In this document: positions 49,101 through 60,753 of the stretch, in pieces | How positions within the stretch are numbered: position 1 is the stretch's first letter | Layout of the letters: every line of letters starts with the position of its first letter | Assembly (NCBI GenBank): GCA_002633005.1 | Contig: NMRA01000001.1 | Span: 2,335,795-2,399,794 of the forward strand | DNA length: 64,000 bases | Direction: 5' to 3' | From: Phoronis australis | Taxonomy: Eukaryota > Animalia > Phoronida | The notes under the pieces: generated by a model | What the model was told of the DNA's origin: nothing | The model's input: only the letters and a program-made list of their open reading frames with translations | Databases searched by the model: none | Translations under genes and position numbers: made by a program

Positions 49101-50705
49101 CAAGTTGGGGTAGAGTTCAGTAGGTAACCTTGGACCTACGCTAGTACCTCGTTAAAAAGCGAGACTTCACGAGATTAAGCGAAATGTTGTCGTGTATTTT
49201 AAATGAGATCACTTGATTTGGACTGCATTTTCTAGTAGCGAGACAGGTACTGAACCCTACCCGGACTTGCTACACGCCTAAGTTACTTATCAACTACAAA
49301 CTCTAGCCATGCTATACGAGAACAGGACCTCACTGAATGCTGTATACATTTTGCACAGCAATGACATGAAGTCACCACGCGCGTCACGTTACAACTGTTG
49401 AATGTTGAACAATGCGTGTCATTATCAAACTTGAGAAAAACTTCACACGACAGGCCTCCAATTACGGGTCTATCCGATAATGCTAGGTTTCCGGGGTGTT
49501 TGTCAGAACCGACACGAAAGAAACAAAGCACGTTACAAGATTTGTTGTTGATCTCAGTGACAGAACACAATGATCAATGTTGTCACAGGGGTGCACTGGG
49601 CGGGGTATAACAATAATTGCACCAAATTGCTCAACGAATTTTCACAGCTAGTGCTTGTAGTGAGTTACATCGTACTATGTTAATTGGAAGCCTGTAATTT
49701 TTCAACTAGTTAATAATTCAAAACCAATTTGTTTTACTTTTAGAGGAATATGACAGACTTTGGCAGAGATTGTATTTAAAACCATTTCAAGTATTCCACT
49801 GGTTCAACATAACTCTATGAACATGTGTAATAAGATACATAAAAGATATTCAACAATTCATTTATTATCCAAAATCCATAGTATACTACTAAGTAACAAT
49901 CCATCACCGCTTCATCCTAGAAATAATGATTATTTCAAATAGAAATAATATTTAATAATCTCTAATAACATATTGGTTATTCTCAACTCCTTACAATATT
50001 TTGATTCTACAATAACGTGATACAAAATTCACTAACTCCTTTTAACATTCTTGTACGAGACAAATTTCAAACGTTGTGGCTTACAAGGAGAATTCAGTTG
50101 CAGTACATAACCATGACGGCGAGTTTGGCGTAAGTGATTAAAAAAACAAGACAAAAATAACATCGCATCCGAATGCAAAAGAGGTCCACCACTGCTTTAT
50201 TCACCAACGTCTTGAAAAGTTTTCGCGAAAAGCTGCATCTGAAATTTAAAAAAGTTCCATAGAAGTCAAAATTAGTTGCTATCGCGTTGTTTTCTGAGGC
50301 CGAGAACTTATTGAACGACCCTCGTTCAAAGGTCTGCATACTATTTTTCCTGAGCCTGGAACTTGACCATTTACCTTAAAGAAATATCTGTAAACAATAT
50401 TCAGCATGGCACTGCAGTTTTTTGAGTTTTTGTTGTTAGATTTGTAATAAATGATATGCACTCACCGTGTGCATCAGGTATAGCGCAGATACAAGGGGTG
50501 GTTACTATTTTAAACACTCTCCACAAAAGAGAGAAACGTAGTTAACTTAAAATACTCGGCAGGGGATGTATAGCACGTCAGCAATTCCCTCAATAGGACC
50601 ACATCTGCCAAGACCGTAAAAAACCTAAAAATACCTGGGGACATAGTTGTATTTCAGTGACAGATCTACATTTTCAGTAAGGAGGGAGGGGGGGGGGGGT
50701 AGGAT

Positions 50706-50821
50706 NNNNNNNNNNNNNNNNNNNNNNNNNNNNNNNNNNNNNNNNNNNNNNNNNNNNNNNNNNNNNNNNNNNNNNNNNNNNNNNNNNNNNNNNNNNNNNN
50801 NNNNNNNNNNNNNNNNNNNNN
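50706..50821. other. Assembly gap (N run)
   Basis: 116 N after a poly-G tract. Confidence 0.99.
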
Positions 50822-51006
50822 TAGAAATACACTTGCCAAATTTCACAAAGATCCTTTAAGGATGTAGGAAAACCAGTTGCAAATGGGAAAAAAGTAAACT
50901 GCTAATAGGGAGAACTGTACAAAAAACCATCGTCAGTCATGCTCTTCCCAGTAGGAACACATGCCAATTCTTAGGGTGGTTTGTCCTATATAGAGATTGC
51001 CAAAAG

Positions 51007-51224
51007 CATGCGCGCACCCAGCCTAAAATATAGGGGGGCTCGAATTTTTCGATATGCGTACCTTTTACTGAAAGAAATCAACGAGGACTAAAAAAAAAAA
51101 AAAACGGGACCACTAGGTTCAGACCCACGAACCGTGCTTCCGCGCCGACTTCCCGTGGATTTTGTGGACTTTTTTTCACTGAGGCGGACCTTTTTGCCCA
51201 ATTCACCCCCTGGGTGCGCCCATG
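51007..51224. mobile_element. hAT5-like MITE, family 2, 5-bp TSD AAAAG
   Basis: CATGCGCGCACCCAG...CTGGGTGCGCCCATG; aaaag at 51002-51006 and 51225-51229. Confidence 0.8.
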
Positions 51225-52869
51225 AAAAGAAAAATAATAAAAACCGGCCAAAAATCATAGTCATCCATCCTCTTTCAAGTGGGGACAAATACGTCAATTT
51301 TCATATTCATCCTCAGAGCGGTTTGGCCGACAAAGAGGCGGACGCCGAAACAAAGACAATAAAAATAGCCACAAGAGGGCGTGCACTATGTCAAATCCAT
51401 CTCGAAAACGGTCATCATCTCTTAATAAAAATATGTTTGTCGAATTTTATATATGTCAGTAAGTGACTTAATCAAAGGTTCGGAAGCAGACCCCCTAAGA
51501 AGGTAAAAATATTGTGCTGGGTGGGCACAAGCCAATTCGACTTCGACAAATTTTGACCCTCCTTTATATCACCACCATCTCCGCCGCCACCCCTATTCTC
51601 CAGATGGCGCCATTTTTTTCACTGACCACTACCTCCTGTCAACAAGAACAGGGTTATTGTGTTGTGCATTAAAAGCGAGTTTTATGTAACATGTTACGAG
51701 ATTATGATTGAAAATTTACTCTTACCCAGTGCCCCATGGCTCAATGCTATGGCTGAGAGCACTAGGGATAACACGTAGCAAGCGAACGGGTTTTTAATGT
51801 TTCGCCTCTACTTAATGTATGGAGATCGCGTATATCAAGAGTTGTGACTACCTTCCTCTCATTTTTCCCCAAAAAGTTAACGGTTTTAATTGCTGTAAAA
51901 ACAAGATATTTAATATTGAAAAGTACGCATGGTTCGAGAAGAACAAGAGTATTCGTGAGAAACACCCTTTTAGTCTGTGTCACAGAAGCTTCTCGGGGGG
52001 GAGGGGAGAGGGGTGACTTACCGCGGTCGTCTTCGGAGTAATCGTAAGCCCTGTTTCGGTAACTTCTATGACCGCTGCCACCTCTGAAAAAAAGAAAAGC
52101 AGCGTAGGATTGTTTCCATACTACGTCACTTTCGACTTTAAAGCACTGAACTGGCGACGAAAGAATGCTCGATTTTAATGTGTTTGTGTATCCGAATTCA
52201 TTGAATGCTAATAGTACATAAAGGTGAACGAAATTTCAGAACAGCTTCAAACTGTAAGCCGTAGCGTCCTAGGCGAAACACTGTCGGCCGTGTTCGATGT
52301 GCAGATTGAGTGGTTGTTGATTACATCCAATGCGACTATGACGCAACTAGAAAACTACGTTGTGACGCAAGAGCAAGAGTCTGGTTTTGGTTGCGTTTCA
52401 GAATTAACGAGAGCGACGCAAAGCACGTTGACACGCGCAATGGGATTTTTATCCATTTTTTCACATTATTCTAATATAGTAGATAGAGCATGTAGATAAA
52501 GCCTGTGTAAATGTAAATATAAATTTAAATTCAAATAGGGCGAATGTGAGTGTGAGTGGGTGTTTTAAACTCCTTCCCTTTCCGCTTTCATCTACCCCTC
52601 TTATACTTATCTCGTGTTTATGCTCACGTGGACATGCCTTGGAGGCCGGTTTCGAACTGACCGAAAAGTCGATTCCGTGTCTCATGTATATTAGTGGCAG
52701 TTTTGACTACTCTTAAACGGGAAAGGTTACTCAACGAGTTTCTCAATAAGTGAATACCGTCAATGCTCCATTTTCACAGGTAAATCGTGCATAAAAAATG
52801 TTACACACAATTTTAAAAGTATGTTTTTAAATGCATTATGGCGAATTCAACTTATCAGATAGGAAGTAC

Positions 52870-55800
52870 TCACTCAAGAGAATCACCGTAGGTTAGCCAC
52901 AAGTTCGGTTTTGCATCTTCAACATTCCTGGTTCTTTCGTAGTCGACCACCTCCCGTTGAGAATATCGGTTGGAATAGAGTGGATACTCAGCGCCGCCTG
53001 ACGGCCAGTTGTTGCCAGAAGTGTAACTGGGAGGTTGGGAGACCCGTTGCTGTCTTGCGTCGTAACGCACGGGTTGCTCTGGCCCATAACTGGCAAAATG
53101 TAAAGCATATTGCAAATGCATATGTGGTGACGTACTTACCTCAGTTAGCAATAACAGCCGTGCCCGTGAATGTTTATATAGAGTGAGACTTGAGAGCTTT
53201 TTGTATAACATGATTACATTTCGATTCGTTACGGTTTGAAATTGACTACTTGACTTGATTACTGTGACACACCGCTGCATCGCCAGACCAAATCTTTATC
53301 GGAAGGAAAGTCCGAAACAAAGATATTACCCCATAGGCTATGCAAATAATGCAATTTCAGGCAAATTTATTTTTCATAGAATTGCAGAACTCATTGTCTG
53401 ACAAACAGGATTTCAATCAAACAGTTTTGTTTCAGTAATTGCATCTACGAATATTCTGTGCTCAAGTAGGAGTTTACACTATCGCCCCTGAGACCGGCAC
53501 GATAATTATACTCGAGATTTCCAAAGAGTGGCTTACTCGTATACAACGTGATGCACTACAGCCCCATCTCTGTACTTTTTGTCTCTTCTCCTTGTAAAGC
53601 AGCAAAGAACAGCTACAAATATGAGCAACAGGCTAAGCCCAACCAAGCCGGCCAGAGAGCCTATGACAGCGTAACAAGCCGTCTCCGTCATCTGCAGTTT
53701 GCTGGCGATAAGAACCAATTCGGCGGTCTCATTTACTGTAAAATATACGATATAAATGGAAAGACAATGTACCAACTGCTGGTGCACTGTTGCTTGAAAT
53801 TTCATCGATTCAAAAGAAATGTATGGATTCAGGTCTTTCAGTGGGACCTCTCATGACACAAGCCCCTCTATGATAGCTGTTGCCTAATGCTCTCAGTTTA
53901 GATGTTAAAAATGGATCGTTCTATTAGTACCACTTCGTGAATAAAGAATCACCCATGACAGCATCTGCCTCGGATAATGCTATCTCGCTATGCATTGTAC
54001 ACCCTCGTTCATGTAATCGAGTCCAGCTGTAGGTATACATAGACTTTGCAGACATTTACTTACATTTACAAGAAGCGGCTGAAGGATCCCACTTAGGCGT
54101 GCCTCCATCGAGTTTGCAACAAGCCGTTTTTGGCCCGACGAGGTAGAAATCTGTGTAACAACTGAACGAAAGACATGTCCCGACCGTGCGCGACGAATCG
54201 TTTGTAAAGGTTTGGTTCTCAGCCGTAATCACGGTGGTTCCTGAAACCACGTTTATATGCGTTGATCAAACGATATCTCCAAAATACCTGATTTGCCACG
54301 TTGCTATGCTAACTGCGATCGATTGGCCTCAAGATTGTTCGGTGTCTGAATGGAAGAAAAGCTTTGAGTACCGAAATAATTTAAAATTCCCGGAATTCAG
54401 AAAGTTTCGGATTCTATGACACAAAGACCTCCTTATTTTCCAAACTTGTGGTTTACAATAGATCTATTCAAACATTACGTTACTGATTGTTGAAAACGGC
54501 GATATCATTTATCACTCATTTTAACAGATTATTAGCACATTTCACAATTTCACATTCTGAGGTGAAAGCAATTGGTATTGATAACAATTTTAGTAACAAG
54601 AGCAACGCCGATCTTTGATATGCACCCATCATGTGCATCTCATGCAGCGTAGATAACGAGACGATCATTCGCACTAAATGAAGCCATGCAGTAAAGTTAA
54701 TAATAGCCGATAGAGGGGGTGCAGAGCAAGTCAGAAAGTCTCTATATCCTAAAAGAACACAATGACAGTCCACCTTTCGTCATGACTCTTCAAGAAGTTT
54801 TGAGGATAGTGAGGCAGACGACAAAGGAAACAAAACAAAAGAAAGGCCCGGCCACCATGAAGTGCAACGTATGTCAAATCTATCTGAAGCTACATGGGTA
54901 TTGTTGTCTACGTGACGGACAGCAACTTATTTACATAATTTCAAGAACATTCGCCAAGGAACGTGATACATATCAAGGCAAACGCATAGAAAAACAAATA
55001 TCAGTGCCACAGCCTAGTCGCATTTGTCCCAAATTCCACGTCAGTTGTATTCTCCTCAGTAGAAACGCGTGACAAATTTCACGAAGATCCATCGAGGACT
55101 AACAAAAAAAATAAATTGCAAGGGGCAACAGAAGTGGAACCATTCAAAGATCGTCGACAGCCATGCACTTTCCAGAAGGCGAAACATTTAAAATTTCCAT
55201 AAGTAATTTGGCTGACAGACAGACGTCAAAAACAGGAAAATAACATAAATGGCCACTAGGTGGCATGGCAATACGTCTCATCTACCCTTTAATGGGAAAG
55301 TGTTATCGTCTCTTATAGGTTGCCATGTAACATGGAAATTGGTCAAGTTACTCAAAAGATGCAGAAGCAAAGGTGAAAATACCAAAATGCCACTGGGTGG
55401 CACACCGACAATCGGATATTTGCTCATGCCGTCCATTTACGATAGGAACATGTCTTCAAAATTTCAGAAACATCAGCCAAAGGGTTTGGGAGATACAGCA
55501 GTGAAGGGAATTTTGGAAATGCATTTTCTGACTTAATTACTGGCTTGTATTTACTGCCCGTAGAACAATATAAAGTTACGTAACGGAACGCATCTTCGCT
55601 CTGCCTTCACTTCCAGTCTAAACTTATGATGGCCAGTACTCAGTCCCATTGAAAACAATCTGCGCAGGGTATTCAAGTTTGTTCAACGGGAGTGAATGCA
55701 GACCCAAGATCCAGTTCACGCTACTCTCTACTGTTCAAAAGATAACACATACTCGCCAAGAGGGCAATAATTAACACGGATAAACAGGGATCTGTCAAAA

Positions 55801-56053
55801 ATTGGTTGTTTTCCCCATTAAGTAGGAAGGCCAGCTTCAATAGCCACTGATCAAGTACCAAGTGAAAAGTAAAGAAACAAGCAATTAATGTCTGAAGTAC
55901 GTAGGTTGGCTAAAATCACGTTAAGTAAAATTCTTTTGTGACTGCGCTAATTTTATGAACAAAACGCGGGGTTGGCACTATCTGGCATACTCTACTCCTT
56001 TGTAATATATCCTGTTGCACCTTACCTACATAGGGACACAATGAACTCGACAT
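52870..56053 (-). CDS. Sushi(CCP)-TM protein, paralog A (SUSD3-like topology), ~207 aa; exons 56053-56026, 54240-54064, 53735-53537, 53089-52870
   Basis: MSSSLCPYV|G-TTVITAENQTFTNDSSRTVGTCLSFSCYTDFYLVGPKTACCKLDGGTPKWDPSAASCK|L-NETAELVLIASKLQMTETACYAVIGSLAGLVGLSLLLIFVAVLCCFTRRRDKK..|D-YGPEQ..QPPSYTSG..NLWLTYGDSLE. Phases 1/1/2 match paralog B. The end could be stop TGA or donor GA|gtgagt. Candidate upstream 5'UTR donor tag|gtaagt at 61177. Confidence 0.85.
55060..55530 (-). mobile_element. HINE-family internal repeat fragment
   Basis: aaatggccactaggtggca, aaaatgccactgggtggcacaccg and aaatttca..gggtttgggagataca units shared with 56130-57222. Confidence 0.55.
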
Positions 56054-56129
56054 ATTCGATGTACGTCAATGGAGATGCAATGATAGCACAGTGAATACGT
56101 GGGCATTCAGCAATCTGAAAACAAAACAA

Positions 56130-57222
56130 AACAAGAGCAACGCAGAGCGTTGAAATGCGCCCACAATTGCACCGCATACGGTATCCTTCTAGGGTTGTTT
56201 TACCATAAAGTGGCCAGTAAAGGGCATATATGTAGTATGTTGTACTTAGCAAAATGGAAAGGCATGGTCATTGTCTCCTCAATAGGCTAGGGGCAAAATG
56301 TGAGTAATCTTCATAATACAAGCACATCCTATACACCAGTTGCTTAAAGCACCACAGAAACATAGAATTAAAAACAAATTTACCAACATACGAGATTAGC
56401 ACAGCACTAGAATGCCAGAAACAAATTTCTACTTGGAACTTTTCCTTCATAGTCAAGAAGTAACACAAAGTATACACCTGAAGACCTATGAAAATACAGA
56501 GGTCAATGTAAAATACTAAAATTGCCACTAGGGACAAATACTAAAATTGCCACTAGAGGCATACCGGTAGTCAGAATCATCCTAAAGTCGTCATCGTCCG
56601 TTGTCAACATCACATAAATACACTAGCTAAATTTAGTAAAGATCCTGCAAACGGTTTGGGAGATACAGCCATGGGCGCAAAAAAAACAAAACTGCCACTA
56701 GGAGGCGCCACAGTAGTCGAAATCGTCGGAAAATCATCGTCAACCGTCCTCTACATAGTAAGCACATACATGCCAATTTTCACAATCATCCTTTGAGCGG
56801 TTTGGTTGATAGAGGTGTGGACGCACAAAAACAGACTCGAAAACACTAAAAATGGCCACTAGGTGGCGCAAACTATGTCAAATCCATCTGAAAACGGGAG
56901 GATAGCGTCATCTCACTAATAGGTGCGTACATACCAACTTTCATGAAAATCCGTTAAGGACTTGTGAAGATACAAAGGTAAGCGTAAAAAACTAAAATTG
57001 CCACTAGGGGGCACACCGGTAGTCGGATTTGTCCGAAAGCCTGTTCGCACATGCCGTCCCATTCATGAATGGAACATATGTGCCAAATTTCATGAACGTA
57101 TGTCAAAGGGTTTTGGAGATACTGGAGCAGCGGACGCCGGACACCGGACGCCGCCCGGACGGACGGACGGACAGAGATGACGGCATAATGCGTCCACATA
57201 TAAATATGTGGGCGCATAAAAA
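56130..57222 (-). mobile_element. Near-complete HINE/DINE-1-like non-autonomous Helentron
   Basis: Minus strand: TTTTT-ATGCGCCCACAT-atttat-ATGTGGACGCAT (subTIR plus IR), (GTCC)n microsatellite, ~150-bp central tandem units with ccactag core, 3' subTIR TGTGGGCGCAT, hairpin CAACGC-TCT-GCGTTG, then CTCTTGTT. Confidence 0.8.
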
Positions 57223-58169
57223 TACGTAATTCTGGACCCAACATGTATAATCATGTACTTTGCAACTCGTCATTACAGCCGACCTTTTTGGTGCCATCTG
57301 ACCTTTAAAACTTACGTCACTTCTCAACTCCACATAAGTGACTGCAATATTTTTATAAGTTTCCCTGGCTGAACAACGAGAACAGCGGAAGCGGAAACGC
57401 TAACACCAGAAATAATCATTAGTTACAAGCACAATAAAAGAACAACACAGTATTTAGAATAATAAAAATCAAACCTACTATGCCAAAACACCCATGGCAA
57501 AAGCATGAACAACGACGAGGTCAGTTGTATTGACCTGAATGACAAACACAACGATTAACTGGCACTGAGCAAAGACGATGACTGAATGCGTTCACATATT
57601 GTGTTATCACTCGGGGGGGGAGCGGGTTTGCAAAGATGACGATTTATGGCAGGGGAAGGGGGTTACCCTCATGGCGAAGCCATCGTGTGGTTTATTAGAT
57701 TATATCCACCACAGTACATATCGTTGAAAACTGGTTCACCTTCAGTTTTAAGGGAAATCACTAATTCCAAATCCGGGGATCTGCCGTTTCACGCTTCCAG
57801 GATTTGATCACATTTCACGAGTTATCTAATAAATATGCACACAGACAAACGACAGTCCCACTCCATTATGCCTAAACTGGGGGAGGGTGGGCTGGGTTGA
57901 CGTAACATGGAGGCTTAACGGGGATTTATATCACTATGACGGATGATGACAGAGGGACGGGGGGAGAGGTAGTGGGAAATTTTGGATGACGTAACATGTG
58001 AACGCTTCCTAACAGGCGTAGGCACATAACGACGTCTCACCTGTGGGCGAATTTTGGTTTGTCCAAAAATCCATGTATTTTACGAATCATTCACAATTTT
58101 TATCCCTGTTTATGGTGACAAGAACTTTGATGAACATAATTATTTTAAACATTTAGCAGGAGGGACCAA

Positions 58170-59124
58170 CATTATTCAAGGGGCGCAAAACAAGTTGTCC
58201 AAAATTAATAGTGCCAAGCGCTGCTCCAACTATGCATGGTTTTACAGAAAGAGACGCGGTTGCACAAAATAATGTAGACTGCCGCCAACAAGGCGTATAC
58301 CATTCGCCTGATACGTCAGATAAAATTACCGCTAGATGGTGCCACAATAGTTGGATCTGGTCAGTCATGCGCTCCTTACACTTGCCTTCAGCCAGACGGA
58401 TGACAAAAACAGACAAACGAAATATAAAAGGCAGGCCACTAGGGGCGCAACACAGCTCAAAGTAGTCTGAAAGGACGCTGGTGGCGTCGATTCCTAAATA
58501 AGTAACCCATTTGCCTAATTTCATGAACATGAATCAAGGAGCTTGGAAGACAATGGAGCAGATCCAAAGAAAACCAAAATTGTCTCTTGGGACTACTGTA
58601 GTACATTAGTAGTCGGATTCGTCCCACAATCGAAGTCAGATGTGCTCTTCTCAACAGGAACGATTAACTACAAAAATTCATGACGATCCATCGACTTCAA
58701 GGCCAATTTTATAACATTCTATTGAACGGTTCGGGTGATACAGGGAGGCGAACGCCAAAATAGACTAGAAATAATACAACTGGCTACCAGCTGACGGGGA
58801 ACGTGTTGAATCCGTCCCAAAATGAGAAGGCGTCGTTGTAGTCTCTTTATTAAAAACCTGTTTTCAAATTTTAGGACTGGCGTCAACAAACTCCGAAAAT
58901 ACATTAGAAGAAAACCGAAATTGCCAATAGAGATCACAGCGGTAGTTAGGTCCATTTTAAAGAAGTCGGTATCCACCGTCACGTCAATAGGAAAACATTT
59001 TTCAAATTTCACTACGGTCCCTCTCATAGTTTAGGAAATTCATCTGTTGACAGCTGGACCGTTGGACGCCGGATAAAGATGGCGGCAATATGCCACCACA
59101 CATGTGTATGTGAGCACATGAAAA
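58170..59124 (-). mobile_element. Older HINE-family copy
   Basis: 5' end (minus) ttttcatgtgctcacatacacatgtgtgg..atccggcgtcc, with degenerate ccactagggg and aatttcatga units. The 3' boundary is approximate. Confidence 0.55.
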
Positions 59125-59452
59125 TCAACATTTTTTCACTTTAATGCGACCACTCATTTCAACCAATGCATAAATACACAAAACGTACCGAGAGTGGCGT
59201 TTATCACTGAGGTAATATCCTACGACTAGACATTATTTCGCGGAATAATGTCGAGTGGGATATTACTTCGTGTATGCCAATCGAGGTACGTTTTGTATTT
59301 ATCTCATGTGCTTCGAATTCCTAAGTTTCTTTCATTTTTTCGGCAGATTTTTAAAAGCTTCACTCAGACTGTTCATGTGGCGTATCACATCCTATATGTA
59401 TGTACTAACTTGTGCGTTAGGTTGCAACTTTTGTCTAGTAAATGCAACGATT

Positions 59453-60496
59453 TATTACTTGAAAAGAGATAAATAAGATGAACACAACGCTAACCGTGCG
59501 TTGAACTTGTAGCATCTCCTAAAAGTAGTTAAATATTAACAATGAGATTTGATATTGTTACCGAGGAATCGGCGCCTGTGTTGCAGACGATATAATATTT
59601 AGCAACTGACAACTGACATATTACCAGTTTTGTACCAGATATTACGTTTAGGGCCTGACTGCACGAGTGTTGTTTATTCTGCTGCAACTGTATTACTTTA
59701 AACTATATTCGGAAAGTTTGATGATCAAACCGGCCAACGACGTCGAGTCGACACGACACGACCTACCTTTTGAACTTTCCATGTCAGAGGACACTGTTGA
59801 AATAGTGCGGGAGGTGAATACGGAAAACATTATTACATGGCCGTATAGCACTTGAAAGATTCAACGCGTATGAGAAAAAATATATGAAAATTCGGTCGTT
59901 AAATGTTTCGTGAAGTAGCCCAGTAGGTCAAACGTATATTGCAAAGAACATTATGGGGCATTGTGGTGAATTAGTNTATTACTTGAAAAGAGATAAATAA
60001 GATGAACACAACAGTAACCGTGCGTTGAACTTGTAGCATCTCCTAAAAGTAGTTAAATATTAACAATATTTGATATTGTTACCGAGGAATCGGCGCCTGA
60101 GTTGCAGAAGATATAATATTTAGCAATTGGCAACTGACATATTACCAGTTTTGTACCAGATATTACGTTTAGGGCCTGATTGCACGAGTGTTGTTTATTC
60201 TGCTGCAACTGTATTACTTTAAACTATATTCGGAAAGTTTGATGATCAAACCGGCCAACGACGTCGAGTCGACACGACACGACCTACCTTTTGAACTTTC
60301 CATGTCAGAGGACACTGTTGAAATAGTGCGGGAGGTGAATACGGAAAACATTATTACATGGCCGTATAGCACTTGAAAGATTCAACGCGTATGAGAAAAA
60401 ATATATGAAAATTCGGTCGTTAAATGTTTCGTGAAGTAGCCCAGTAGGTCAAACGTATATTGCAAAGAACATTATGGGGCATTGTGGTGAATTAGT
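59453..60496. repeat. Head-to-tail ~520-bp duplication joined by a single N (probable haplotype/assembly artefact)
   Basis: 59453-59975 and 59977-60496 are near-identical apart from a few SNPs and a 3-bp indel; N at 59976. Confidence 0.9.
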
Positions 60497-60641
60497 GTCG
60501 GTCGTACTTATATGTATTACTGTCTAGCTCATTTACGTAGAAAGAGGGGAGGGTGCTACTTATTTGCCATCTCCACTTGCCTTGTGGACGTGAACGTCAC
60601 CCAAGACAGAATTTGATTTCTCGATGTTTGGTTGGAAAACG

Positions 60642-60753
60642 TGATGATGATGATGATGATGGTGATGATGGGGAAGAGGACGTTGATGACGAATATGCCA
60701 GTGATGATGAAGACCACGATCATGATGATGGTGATGACAATGACGATGATGAT
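60642..60753. repeat. Imperfect (GAT)n microsatellite
   Basis: gatgatgatgatgatgat ggtgatgatg ... gacgatgatgat. Confidence 0.85.

Noticed and set aside
54516-54773. Signal-peptide-like ORF (MGAYQRSALLLLLKLLSIPIAFTS) as first exon of Sushi paralog A
   Set aside because: It has no good donor. The exon at 56053-56026 supplies the missing first Cys in the right phase and mirrors paralog B.
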